Source of the DNA: Lama guanicoe
Lineage: Eukaryota
Direction of reading: 5' to 3'
Assembly (NCBI GenBank): GCA_013239625.1
Contig: MU054001.1
Location: forward strand, 7,274,174-7,338,173
DNA length: 64,000 nt
Position numbers and translations under genes: made by a program
Shown: positions 22,501-35,459 of the stretch, piece after piece
Layout of the letters: each line of letters starts with the position of its first letter
Position numbering within the stretch: the first letter of the stretch is position 1
The notes under the pieces: generated by a model
What the model was told of the DNA's origin: nothing
Seen by the model: the letters and a program-made list of their open reading frames with translations, nothing else
Database searches by the model: none

Positions 22501-24913
22501 TGTGTTTTCATTTTCTTTTGTCTCAAGGTATTTTTTAATTTCAACTTTGATTTCATCATTGACCCATTGGTTTCTTAATAGCCTGTTGTTTAATCTCAAT
22601 GTTTCCTTTTTTTCTCTGTAGTTGATTTCTAGTTTCATGGCATTGTGGTCAGTAAAGATGCTTGAGATAATTTCTATCTTCTTAAAATTGAGGATTCTCT
22701 TGTGCCCAAGTATATGATCATTCCTAGAAAATGTTCCATGTGCACTTGAAAAGAATGTATATTCTATTTTGGGGGTTTTTAATGTTCTGAAAATACCAAC
22801 CAATTCTAGTTGTTCTAGTGTATCACTTAATTTCTCTGTTGCCTTATTTATTTTCTGTCTGGAAGATTTGTCCAGTGATGTTTATGGGGTGTTAATGCCT
22901 CCAACAATGATTGTATTCCCATCAATGTTCCCCTTTTCTCTGTTAGTAATTCCTTTATGTAGCTAGCTGCTTCTATATTGAGTGCATATATATTAATGAG
23001 TGTAATATTCTCATCTTGTATTACTCCTCTAAGCATTATGACATGTCTTTTTATCTTTCTTTATGGCCTTTGTTTTAAAGTATATTTTGTCTGAAATCAG
23101 TATTGCTACTCAGGTTTTCGTGTCATTTCCATTTGCATGGAATATCCTTTTCCATCCTTTCACTCTCAATCTATCTGTGTCCTTTTCCCTTAAGTGGTCT
23201 CTAGTGTGCAGTGTATTGAAGGTTCTTTCTTTATTATCTAGTTGGTCACTCTATGTCTTTTGACTGGAGCATTTAGTCCATTGACATTTACAGTAATTAA
23301 TGATAGATGTGTGTTTATTGCCATTTTGAACTTTTACAGTTTATTTGTTATTTCCTCTTGTGTTCCTTTCTTCTTCCTTTTGTGGTTTGATAATTTTCCT
23401 TTGTATTACTTGGATTTTATTTAGTTTTTGTGACTCAATTGTATGTTTGTGTCTTGTGGTTATCCTTTGTTTTATAACTATTTGTATTACACAGATAATA
23501 ATAAAAGCTCAAACCCATCCTACAAGAACAAAAAAAATTAAGAGTAAAAAGACCTGCATTTTCTTGCTTCCCTCTCCCACTCTTAATGATTTAGAATGTC
23601 TTCTTTTACAATTTTGTGTTTATTCTCTTGTAATTCATGGTAGTTATCACCTTTCCAGTTATGGTTTTCTCAATTCTGTAGCATCCTGCTTCTTTTCTAT
23701 TTAGAGTAGACCTTACAACATTTCTCTTAGCATGGGTTTAGTTTTGGTTAACTCTTCTAGGTTTTGCTTGTTTGTGAAGTTCTTCATCTCTCCTTGTATT
23801 CTAAATGATAACCTTTCTGAATAAAGTATCCTAGGCTGCAGCTTTTTTCATTCATGGCTTTGAGTATATCTTGCCACCCTCTTCTGGCCTGTAGTGTTTG
23901 TGTAAAGAAATCAGCTGAAAGCCTTATGGGGATTCCCTTGTAGCTCACATTTTGTTTTTCTTTTGCTGCCTTTAGAATCATTTCTTTATCCTTATCCCTG
24001 GCCATCCTGATTATAATATGTCTTATTGTGGGTCTGTTTGGGTTCTTCCTGTTTGGGACCCTCTAAACTTCCTGTATTTGGATATCTGATTCCTTCTTTA
24101 GGTTTGGGAAGTTTTCAGTCATGATTTCTTCAAATACCATTTCAATCCCTCTTGCTCTTTCTTCTCCTTCAGAACCCCTGTTATACATGGATAGGCATGC
24201 TTTATATTATCCCATAGGTCCCTTATATTGTTTTCATTGGTTTTTATTTGTTTTTCTCAGCGGTTCTAATTAGGTGATTTCTGTTGTCCTGTCTTCTTGG
24301 TCACTTATTCATTTCTCTGCATTATCTAGCCTCCTTCTTTCAGCCTTTAGATCAGCTCTCATCTCAGCAAATGAGTTTTCCAATTTTAATTGGCTCCTCT
24401 TTATAGCTTCAATTTCATTTTTGACATATTTTATGTCTCTATACACAGTATCTTTTAGTTATTTTGGTACTTTGATCACTACTTTTTTGAAATCTTGATT
24501 TAGTAGGCTACCAATATCTATTTCATTGATTGTTCTTTCAGGGGATTTCTCTTGTTCTTTTAATTGGGAGTCACTCCTCTACTTCTACATCTTGCTCATA
24601 TCTCTCCAACACTGTGGCTTATGGAATATTAGTTATCTACTGTTGTCCTTAAGGGGTATATTTATCTATCTAAAGCATATGTGGAAATAAAAGTAAGAAA
24701 AAGGGAGAATTTTAAAAGAAGAGAAAAATAGTTTGAAAACATTATAATCAATAACAGAAGAACAAGTTGGAGCAAAATAAAAATGGAGTTGGGATGTACT
24801 TTACAAACCTTAAAAGAGGAAAAAGGAAAAAATATTTTAAAACTGACTGTAATCAATAATAGAAATATCTTAAAAGAAAAAAATTAAAGGTATTAAAAAC
24901 AGATACATATACA

Positions 24914-24992
24914 TTTTTTAAGTAAACAAAGTATTTATTGAGTACCTATCATCTGTTAGGTACTTTATAGCCATTACAGCATTTAATCTGTG
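24914..24992 (-). other. ~80-bp polyadenylated insertion of MIR/L2-tail-like sequence within an L1 5' UTR
   Basis: Minus strand reads GGTACTCAATAAATACTTTGTTTACTTAAAAAA. Flanked by AGATACATATACATTT and a microsatellite-expanded copy AGA(TA)n(CA)nTTT. Confidence 0.65.
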
Positions 24993-24994
24993 AG

Positions 24995-25027
<33 letters not shown>

Positions 25028-26416
25028 TTTGTTTACAATTGTTTAAAAATAAAAAATTTAAAAAGTAAAAGAAAAAGAACAGAGAATAAAAGAAGAAAAA
25101 TATTGAATGTGTTTCTGTGGAGACTGTACACTCTTAATGATTTTGTTGAGAGGTCTTCCTTAAGTCTGGGTGGTTGTCAAGTCTTATTCCACTTTGGTTA
25201 AGGGTGTGGCCATTGACCTGATAGTCAGAGCCTGTCCTTGTTATTTAATGGGGCCTCCTTTTGTTTTGTGGTTGTTGCTGTTGCTGTCCTCACCCTGCTG
25301 TGCAAACTCAGCTTGCTGCTTCCAGGGGCCCTTCATTTGTGCCTCTGGTCTGTGCTGCTCCCAGTGCTAGTCAGCAAGTAGATTGTACCCCCTCCCAATA
25401 CTGCAGTCAGGTGCTGCACTCCTGCATGGTCGGGCTCAGGGAAGATGACGGAATGGAACTCGCCCCTGTTCTGTGCCAGAACTCAGCTCCTTGTTTGTAT
25501 TGGAAGGGCCAGTTCTCAGAGGTACCAGGGCAGAATGATCCTATCTCTCTGGGCTGTAAAGAAGTCTCTGAATCACCTATGAGGCTGCTAAGCCATTAGG
25601 TGTGGATTCAGGTTTTACTCCTCTCCTGTCTGGGAGCTAAGCACTGGAAGATATGGTGGCTGTGGCTGAGGCTCTCCTCTCTTCTCTTGAGAACTTATTC
25701 AGTGGGTTTTCAGAGATAGAGGCTATGGCACCCTTTCCCCCAGGGCACATCAGCTGTGTTGTTTATTTTTTTCTCTCACATTTTATGGAGGACCTAGGTT
25801 GTTCTGTTCTGCATTTCTTCCCAGCCATGGTACACAGCACCCTGCAGTCCCCTGGAGTTGCGTCTGTACAGCCTGCCCCAGTCTTCCATCTGGCTTGGGC
25901 AGCCTGTCACAACCCCAACCTGCCACTTTGTTTCTAGGGCTGGAGGTTGCAGAGAACCCCTGTACCCATTTAATTTAGTCCTGTCAGTCAAGGGTTAATC
26001 TGTAAAGATCCAAACCTCAGATATTCCCCCTCCGTCCCACTGAACTCTCCGTTGGATAGGGGGAGACTCAGTGAATGAGTGCTATTCTTCCTTTGTCTCT
26101 CCCTCCCTGCAGGACTGGTCCTGCACTGTTTTGCTTTTTCTTCTTTCTTTTTTCCATTTCTCCTACTAGATTCATGGCATCTTTGTCTCTTGAAGAAGGT
26201 AATGTTCTGTGAGAGTTCAGCAGAGACTCTGATTGGCTGGGTGGGTCCTTGGATGTGAGTCTTGGTGTATTTGTGGGGGATGGTTAGCTATGAGCGTCCT
26301 TCTATTCTGCCAGCTTGGCCAATCCTCCCTTTTAATGTATTCTTATATTTATTTTGCTAAATATTTTGTTAAGGATTTTTTTTTCATCTATGTTCCTGAG
26401 TGATATTGGCCTGTAA

Positions 26417-26462
26417 TTTTCTTTCTTTCTTCTTCTTATTTTCTTTCTTTCTTTCTTCCTTC

Positions 26463-26525
<63 letters not shown>

Positions 26526-26566
26526 TTTTTCTTTCTTTCTCTTCTTCTTTTTCTTCTTCTTCTTCT

Positions 26567-26601
<35 letters not shown>

Positions 26602-26679
26602 CTTCTTCTTCTTCTTCTTCTTCTTCTTCTTCTTCTTCTTCTTCTTCTTCTTCTTCTTCTTCTTCTTCTTCTTCTTCTT
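26417..26679. repeat. Compound (TTTC)n-(TTC)n homopyrimidine microsatellite, ~260 bp
   Basis: Directly visible; produces the spurious poly-E and poly-S ORFs. Confidence 0.97.
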
Positions 26680-29280
26680 TATTCCTTTTTTGTGGCATTC
26701 TTATCCAGTTTTGGTATCAGGGTAATGCTGGCCTCATGAAATGAGTTATGAAGTGTTCCTTACACTTCTGTTTTTTGGACAGGCTTGAGGACTTGTATTA
26801 ATTCTTCTCTGAATGTTCAATAGAATTCACCAGTTAAGCTGTCTGGTCCTGGACTCTTGTTTGTTCAGAGCTTTTAAATTACAGTTTAAATCTCCTTACA
26901 AGTAATCATTCTGTTTATATTTTTAAATTCTTCATGATTCAGTCTTAGAAGGTTGTATGTTTCTAGGAATTTATTCATTTCTCCTATGTTACTCAATTTG
27001 TTGTTGTCTGTACATAGTAGTCTCTTATGATCCTTTGTACTTCTATGGTATCAGTAGTAACATCTCATTTTTCATTTCTGATTTCATCTACTTCAGTCGT
27101 CACTCTTCTTTCTTTGTGAGTCTAGCTAAAGTTTTGCCATTAAAAATATCTTTTCAAAGTTTCAGCCCTTGGTTTCATTGATTTTTTCCATTGACTTTTT
27201 AATCTCTATTTCATTTATTTCCATTCTGTTATTTTCCCTCTTCTATTAACTTTGGGATTTATTTATTCTTCTTTTCTAGTTCCTTGATGTATAAAATTAG
27301 GTTGTTTGAGACCTTTCTTGTTTCTTGAGGTAAGGTATTTATCACTATGAATTTCCCTCTTAGAACTGCATTAGCTGCATCCCACAAGTTTTGGTACATT
27401 GTATTGCTATGTTCATTTGTCTAAAGGTACTGTTGCTTTCACTTTTGGTTTCTTTGTTAACACATTTGTTATCCAGTAGCTTGTTGTTTAATCTCTGCTT
27501 AGTTTTAAATTTTCAGTTTTCTTTTTGTTGTTGATGGTTAGTCTCATACTATAATAGTTGGAAAGATGCTTGATATGATTTCAGTCTTCCTAAATTTGAT
27601 AAGACTTATTTTGTGGCCTAACATATGATCCATGCTGGAGAGTGTACCATGTGTACTTGAGAAAAACGTGCCTTCTTTTGCTTTTGGATGAATTGTTATG
27701 TATATATTTGTTAAAGTCCATCTCTTCTAATGTGGCATTTAAGGTCAACATTTTCTAATTGATTTTTGATCTGTATGCTCAAATGTATTGATATAAATGG
27801 GGTATTAATGTCTTCTACTATTATTGTATTGCTGTCCATTTCTCTCTTTGGTTTTGTTAATATTTGCTTTATTATTTTGGTGCTCCTATATAGAAGGCAT
27901 AGATATTTACAAATGTTATATCCCCTTGTTGGATTGATCCCTTTATCATTATGTTATATTCTTCTTTGTCTCTTATTACAGTCCTTGATTTAAAGGCTAT
28001 TTTGTATGATGTAGGTGTAGCTACCCTAGATTTCCATGGAATATTTTTTCTCTTCCTTCATTTATAGTCTGTGCAATATCCTTGTGTCAGAAGTGAGTAT
28101 CTTGTGGGCAGCATATATTTGAGTCTTGTTTTTAATCCATTCAGCTATTCTGTGTCTTTTGATTGGAGAATTTAGTACATTTTCATTTAAAGTAATTATT
28201 GATAGGTTTATACTTACTGTCATTTTGTTTATTGTTTTCTGGCTATTTTGTAGTTTTTCTCTGTTCCTTTCTTCTTGTTTTGCTCTTTTCCTTTGTGTTT
28301 TGATGACTTTCCTTATTGGTATGTGTAGATTCCTTTATCATCTTTTGAGTATCTACAATAGGTTTTTGCTTTGTGGTTACCAAGAGGCTTTCATATAATA
28401 ACTTACATTCATAATGGTCTGTTTTAAGTTGATATCAACTTGTTTCAGTGCATTCTAATGCTGTACATTTTAATTCCTCCCACCACATTTTATGGTTTTG
28501 ATGTCACATTTTACATCTTTTGTCTTTTTATCTTGTGTATCCATTAACTAATTACAGTAGTTACAGTTTTTTTTTTACTGCTTTTGTCCTTTCACTATCG
28601 AACCAGCTGTATAAGTGATTAGTCCACTATCTTTACTATATATTTACCTTTAATAATGAGATTTATATTTCTATATACTTCTTCATTACTAAGTAGTGCT
28701 CTTTTTTTTAGTTTAAAGAAGCCTCTTTCTTGTAAGGCCAGTTAGTGGTGATGAACTCCTTTAGCTTTTGCTTGCCTGGAAAGGTTTGTCTCTCCTTCAG
28801 TTCTGAATGATAACTTTGCTGAATATAGTATTCTTGGTTGAACTTTTTTTCTTTCAACACTTTGAATATATTGTTCCACTCTCTTCTGCCCTTCAAACTA
28901 TCTACTGGAAAAGTCTGCCGTTAGTCTTATGGTGGTTCTCTTGTACATAACAAGTTGTTATTCTATTGTTGCTATTAAGATTTTTTCCTTGTCTTTAAGT
29001 TTTGACATTTTAATATAAGGTGTGTTGTTGTCAGTCTCTTTGGGTTCATCTTTTTTGGAACTCTCTATGCTTCCTGAATCTGGATGTCTGTGTCTTTCCT
29101 TAGATTAGGGACGTTTTCAGTTATTATCTCTTCATATAAGTTTTCTGCTCCTTTCACTCTCTCTTCTATAATGCAAATGTAGGTCTAGTTGAAGTTGTCC
29201 TCTTAGTCCCTTAAGCTATTTTTCTCTTTTTCTCTTCTGATTGGGTAACATCTTCTATGCTGTCTTTGAGCTCACTGACT

Positions 29281-30130
29281 CAGGAATGCAAGCTCCCTGG
29301 CCACCAGAGCCAGGCAATCAAGGGATATCACCTGGGTGGCAGCCATAAAACCCAGGGCACCAGATATAAAACCTGGGGCATCAGACACATATTAGAGCCC
29401 CCGTCTGAGGGATGCTGGGACTCTGGAGTGCAGCTGATGGAGAGCATAAATGTAGTCCCTATATTCTGAAGTTTCAGGAATGGGAAATCCCTTAGATATG
29501 TGTTTAATTTGAAGATTTTCCCTCAGGCTGTTACTGTGACATAAACTATAGGCTTCTTTCACAGAAGGATTGAACTTTCAGAGTCTGTTGTCTCTTGATG
29601 TGCCCTGGGTATGGTAGCTGTTTAAGAACTCTTTCTCCATTTGTTTCAGTCCTGTGGGACCTGTGAGCAGAAGCCCCACTGGCCACCAGAGCTAGGTGAT
29701 GTAGAGATTTCCCCTGGCAGCTGCCACCAAGACCAGGGCACCAGAAAAGGGTATAAACTCATTTTTTGAAGACATTGGTGAGCTGGAGCAAGGCAGAGGG
29801 AGAGCACAAAGACTGTATCCACCAGCCTCCATTCCCTGGAAGCAGCCTCTATAAATATGTTAAACCAGAAGCCTGCCTCTTAGACCAAAGCTCCTAGACA
29901 AGCAACTAGGCCTCTTTCTTAGAAAAAGGGGTGTATTTCAGTTTGCTGTCATGCAGCATCCTAAGAGCTGAATCTGATTCTTACGGTCTCATGGGAACCA
30001 GGAATGCAAGGCTCCTGGTCTCCAGAGCCAGGTGGTCAAGGTCATCCCCTGTGTGGCAGCTGTAAAACCAGGTAACTAGACATAAAAAATGAGGCTCCAG
30101 ATGTGTATGGAAGCCTCCTTCTTGGAGATT
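29281..30130. repeat. Diverged ~340-380-bp tandem monomers in the old L1 5' UTR
   Basis: CTGGCCACCAGAG-like motif at 29297, 29679 and 30015, each followed by GGCAGC and ACCAG motifs. Confidence 0.75.
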
Positions 30131-31084
30131 GGGTGCTCTTGAGCAGGACAGAGGGCGTGTGTGGATGGAGCCCACTGGCTGGAGGAAGGCAGACAGCAGG
30201 AGCAAAGATAGCACTGCTAAAGAAAGAGAAAAAAGAAAAGAAAAGAAAAAAGAGAGAAAAATGGAAATAGAAAGAAAAAATAAAAGAAGAAGAAAAAAGG
30301 AAAAGAGAGAAAATAATGGGGCTCCCAGTTTTGGCAAGACTGAGGGAAATGAAAGAGGAGACACCCACCAGCCTCCAACTCTAGGAGCATCCCTGCAGGC
30401 CCCTGTCCCTCAGACCGACACTTTAAAATTAGGAAATGAGTCACTTTCACATGAAATTTGGGCTCTTTTCAAAGGGCTTCTCCTACTCTGGGCCCTGGGG
30501 TGGCTGAGTCCACTTGGGAGCCCTTTAAGAGCTGTTCCTGAGTTCCTCACAGCCCTGTGACCCTGGAAGCATGAGCTATTCTTGTCTTCAAAGCCAGATG
30601 TTGTGAAGACTTGCTTTCAGGTGCTAGTCTTAAAATTGGGGTACCTAGTGTGGGATATGAGCCCTTCACTCATCCAAGAAAAGCTCCAGTTTGTCAATTT
30701 CCTCCCATTGTGGGTTGCTGCACTGGGGGTGGGGTTTATGGTGAGATTGTGTCTCAGCCTCGCTTAACTCCTTAGATGTGGTTTCCTTTTTGCTTGCCTG
30801 ATGTGAAAGTTTAGGTTCCCCCCCACCACCACTGAGGAAATTGTTCATATATAGTTGTAGATTCCCATGTGTCTGTGGGAGGAAGTGAGTTCAGGATCTG
30901 CTTACATCACCATCTTGAACTGGAACACTTTATTATTACTATTAAAATGGTTGAGTCTTAAATGTACTTTTACTTAAAGAAGAATTGGTTATTTTGGCAT
31001 AAATGAGATATCTAGGGTCATTTGTGAACAATAATGACTCATAATCTTATTTTTTGTTAGGCCATAGTTTAAAAGCTTTCTATA

Positions 31085-31170
31085 AGCTGCGCCCTAAAGT
31101 CAAACAGCTAGTGGACAGTAAGGCTGGAATTTGAACCCCAAGTTTCTGACTTCTAGTTCAGTGCTGAATC
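31085..31170 (-). mobile_element. MIR fragment
   Basis: AAAGTCAAACAGCTAGTGG and CTGGAATTTGAACCCCAAGTTTCTGACT resemble the MIR core and B box. Confidence 0.6.
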
Positions 31171-31916
31171 CCAGTATCCTCTTGTTCATTATAGACAGAA
31201 TTCTTGTGCACTTGGGCTGCCTTTTCCCCAATCCTAGGGGTATTGGGATGCCAAATATTACACTTTGGGGTGGAGTTGTGGAAATGAGAAGACAGGGAAC
31301 ACAGGCTGACCTCAGAGAGAGTCAGAGCAGGTTCAATTGCAGGGCCTGCAGGTCAGGGACCAAGTACCTGGTCTAAGAGATAGGAGCCTCCAGGTTAGCT
31401 GACAGGGCCTTCTGGGCAGTTCTCCTCTTGACTTGAGCCTGTTAGATGGGCCTGATGATTACTGATCTAAACAAATGGTTATGGTGTAATTAAAAACAGA
31501 TAACTGTAGGAAAGCCTTTCACCCAAACTGAAAGCACAAGGGGCAGACATAAAATATTGTTATAAGGGGCAAGGAGTAAGAAGTGAAAGTACTTCTTGCA
31601 TATTTTTTATTTCTGGAAATATAATGCAAAATATTATTCTGAGGATGATGGCTGAGAAATGACTTTATGTAGACAGTATCTTCATTTACCAATTTTCTCA
31701 ACGTATAGTTGGTAATCTTGGCCCACATCTTGACAGTGTGTTTCTGGGAGGAGGGACACTGCTACATCCAGGATTACCCACAGGAAGATTCCAGGACATG
31801 TGCACACACCCAGTAGGCTCACATGGCCTAGCTAGGGGCACTGGAAAAAGTCCTATCAAAGAGAATCCACTTAACGTGGGACCAACATTCCATGCTAAAT
31901 GTAACAAAAAAGATTT

Positions 31917-34900
31917 GATTGTTCTAGTTCTGTGAAATATGTCCTGGGTAATTTCATAGGGATTGCATTAAATTTGTAGATCGCCTTGGGCAGTGTGACC
32001 ATTTTTAACAATATTGATTCTTCCTATCCAGGAACATGGGATATCATTCCATTTTTAAAGGTCTTATTTAATTTCCTTCATCAATGGTTTATAGTTTTCT
32101 GTGTATAATTCTTTCACCTCCTTGGTTAGATTTATTCCTAGGTATTTTATTACTTTGGGTGCTATTTTAAAGGGGATTGTTGCAGGAGCTGATGATTGGG
32201 TTAATAAATTGTAACAGACCCCTGCCACCTGTCTCCTTTAAGAACAAATGTGCTTAGTAACTGCTTTGCAAGCAGGCACCTGTGCATCAACACTCCTGTC
32301 TCCTTGCCATAAAGAGCTGAGAAAATGCCTTGCTTGCATAGTTGAGGTTTTAGTTAGCACTCTGCTCACTTCAAAGCAATGATCCAGGCCCTCAGCTATA
32401 AATGCTGGATGTGCCTGCTGTTAGATAGTCTGTTACCCCCAAAACAAGAAAGTGGCTAGTCTGGTGGCCTGCTTTGTAATTAACATATCTAAAGAATGTA
32501 TCTTGTCCCCCTTTCTCCATGACTTCCTTAAAGATAAACTAAGCCTTTATACTCATTGTGGATTCTACAATCTCTATCTCATACTGTCTTTCCCTAAGTT
32601 CCTGCACACCATTACACAACTGTTAATGACTTTTTCCTTTGATTATACACAATAAATGTGGGAGCACTTGAGAGGCTCATAGAGTTGGCTCCTGACTCCA
32701 TCTTGCTCTCTTGACTTTCTCCACGAGTCTTGAGTAATTAATTCCATCTTGGTAGGACTTCTGCTGGCCAGAATCCACAGGTTGTTTCTTTACTTTTTTT
32801 CCTGATTAATCATTAGTGTAAAGAAATGCAACTGATTTTTGAACGTTAATTTTGTAACCTGCTACCATGCTGAATTCTTCGATCAGATCTAGTAGTTTTT
32901 GTGTGGACATTTTAGGGTTTTCTATATATAGTAAAATGTCATTGGCATATAGTGGCACTTTTACCTCTTCTTTTCCAATTTGGATACCTTTTATTTCTCT
33001 CTTTTGCCTGATTGTTATGGCTAGGACTTCCAAGACTATGTCGAATAGGAGTGGTGATAGTGGGCATCCTTGTCTTGTCCCAGATTTTAGTGGGAAGCTT
33101 CTGAGTTTTTCACCGTTGAGAACTATGCTGGCTGTAGGTTTGTTATATATAGCTTTTATTATGTTGAGATATGTTCCCTCTATACCCACTTTGGTGAGAG
33201 TTTTTATCATAAATGGGTGTTGAATTTTATCAAATGCCTTTTCTGCATCAATTGAGATGATCATGTGGTTTTTGTCCTTTCTCTTGTTGATGTGATGTAT
33301 TACATTGATTGATTTGTGAATGATCAACCACCCTTGTGTCCCTGGGATGAAAAAATCATAATAAAATTTATATGGAACCACAAAACACCTAGAACTGCCA
33401 AAGCATTACTGAAGAAAAAGAAAGAGGCTGGAGGAATAACTCTTCCAGACTTCAGACAATACTATAGAGCTACAGTCATCAAGACAGTATGGTATTTATA
33501 CAAAAACAGACATATAGACCAATGGGACAGAATAGAGAGCCCAGAGATGAACCCACAAACTTTGGTCAATTAACCTTTGACAAAGGAGGCAAGAATATAC
33601 AATGGAATAAAGACAGTCTCTTCAGCAAATGGTGTTGGGAAAACTGTACAGCAGCATGTAAATCAATGAAGCTAGAACATTCCTTTACACCATATACAAA
33701 AATAAACTCAAAATGGATCAAAGACTTAAACATAAGACAAGATACAATAAAGCTCCTAGAAGAAAAGATAGGCAAAACATTATCTGACAACATCTCAAAA
33801 TGTTCTCCTAGGACAGTCTACCCAAGAAACAGAAATAAAAGCAAGAGTAAACAAATGGAATGTAATTAAGCTTACAAGTTTCTGCACAGCAAAGGAAACC
33901 ATAAGTAAAACAAAAAGACCACCTATGGAATGGGAGAAAATTTTTGCAAATGAAACTGACAAAGGCTTGATCTCCAGAATATATAAGCAGCTCATATGAC
34001 TTAATAAGAAAAAAAGAAACAACCCAATCCACAAATGGGCAGAAGACCTAGACAAGCAATTCTCCAAGGAAGAAATACAAATGATCCATAGGCACATGAA
34101 AAAAAAAAAGCTCTATATCGCTAATTATCAAAGAAATGCAAATCAAAAGTACAATGAGTTATCACCTCACACCAGTAAGAATGGCCATCATTCAAAAGTA
34201 CACAAATGACAAATGCTGGAGAGGCTGTGGAGAAAAGGGAATGCTTCTACACTTCTGGTGGGAATGCAGTTTGGTGCAGCCACTGTGGAAAACAGTATGG
34301 AGATTCCTCAAAAGACTAGGAATAGACTTACCATATGACCCAGGAATCCTGCTTCTGGTCATATATCCAGAAGGAACTGTACTTCAAAATGACACCTGCA
34401 CCCCCATGTTCATAGCAGCACTATTTACAATAGCTGAGACATGGAACCAGCCTAAATGTCCATCAACAGATGACTGAATAAAAAAGATGTAGTATATTTA
34501 TACAATGGAATGCTATTAAGGCATAAAAACTGACAACATAACACCATTTGCAGCAACATGGATGTTCCTGGAGAATGTCATTCTAAGTGAAGTAAGCCAG
34601 AAAGAGAAAGAATAATACCATATCAGGTGTCTCATATGTGGAATCTAAAACCAAACCAAACCAAAACAAAACATAAATACAAAAAAGAAACACACTCATA
34701 GACATAGAATACAAACTTGTTGTTGCCAAGAGGGCAGGGGGTGGGAAGAGGTAGATTGGGATTTCAAAACGTAGAATAGATAAACAAGATTTTACTCTAT
34801 AGCACAGGGAAATATATACAAGATCTTATTGTAGCTCGTAGAGGAAAAAATGTGACAATGAATATATCTATGTTCATGTGTAACTGAAAAATTGTGTTCT

Positions 34901-34960
34901 ACATTGGTATTTGACACAACATTGTAAAATGATTATAACTCAATAAGAAATGTTAAAAAG
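31917..34960 (+). mobile_element. 5'-inverted (twin-primed) L1: inverted ORF2 segment 31917-33350, sense segment ~33353-34960
   Basis: TSD AGATTTGATTG at 31911-31921 and 34963-34973. RT ORF 32806..33381(-) and C-terminal ORFs 33316..34477(+). The two arms are contiguous in L1 coordinates (GAACTAGAAC then AAATCATAATAAAATTT). Confidence 0.93.
32181..32779 (+). mobile_element. 599-bp solo LTR, probably ERV class II (beta-like)
   Basis: Interrupts L1 ORF2 at GGGGATTGT|TTCTT. Termini TGCAGG...TCCACA; 6-bp TSD GATTGT / GGTTGT; TATAAA at 32397 and AATAAA at 32651. Confidence 0.85.
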
Positions 34961-35459
34961 AGAGATTTGATTGAAACTTTATCTTGGGAAATAAAATTAA
35001 CAATTGAAAACAAGTTTATTTTATCTTATATTTATAACATTTTTAGTTGAAATTATGCATAAAAGAACAAATCATTTTTTCTGAAAATCTAACAAATGAA
35101 CAAATTAACCACTAACTACAGTAAACATTCTAAGAACATCAGCTCTGCCAAATACTTGGAGAGTTTTAAGTTTTCTCTAGGGCTTCTGATGACATCTATT
35201 TCCTCCAAAGCATACATGTGTTTCTTTTCTTGTCACTATCTGTCCTACCTCTGCCTTGTCCTCATTCTCAGTGATTTAAGTGGGATTCAAGGCAGTCTCC
35301 TTTGTCATTTTTATTGATTTGTAATCCTTGCAGAAGATCCAAGATTTTTCCAATTTCATTTCACAATTGAGTTGTATTATGTTTGCATTGTGTTGGCAGG
35401 TAGCTGCCACATATGATCATCCAGGAGCTTCTACAAGGAGTCCCTGAATGATGTGGGTT

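Larger units (their letters stand above)
19084..26327 (-). mobile_element. Full-length LINE-1 nested in the old L1
   Basis: Perfect 17-bp TSD CCTTTTAATGTATTCTT (19067-19083, 26328-26344). ORF2 remnants from ATG 23324 to ~19548; ORF1 from ATG 24599 to ~23700; 5' UTR homologous to 10943-13313. Confidence 0.96.
15709..30927 (-). mobile_element. Older full-length LINE-1 hosting three nested younger L1s
   Basis: 3' end at ~15709; ORF2 remnants (17626..17811, 26700-28240); ORF1 remnant (28708..28896); 5' UTR ends CATCACCATCTTGAACTGGAAC near 30926. Diverged TSD CTTTTCATTATTACCACTTAAAATG / CTTTTATTATTACTATTAAAATG. The ORF1 N-terminus appears deleted near 29280. Confidence 0.85.

Noticed and set aside
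26384..26744. Poly-Glu/Lys-Arg and poly-Ser ORFs
   Set aside because: Translations of the (TTC)n/(TTTC)n microsatellite.
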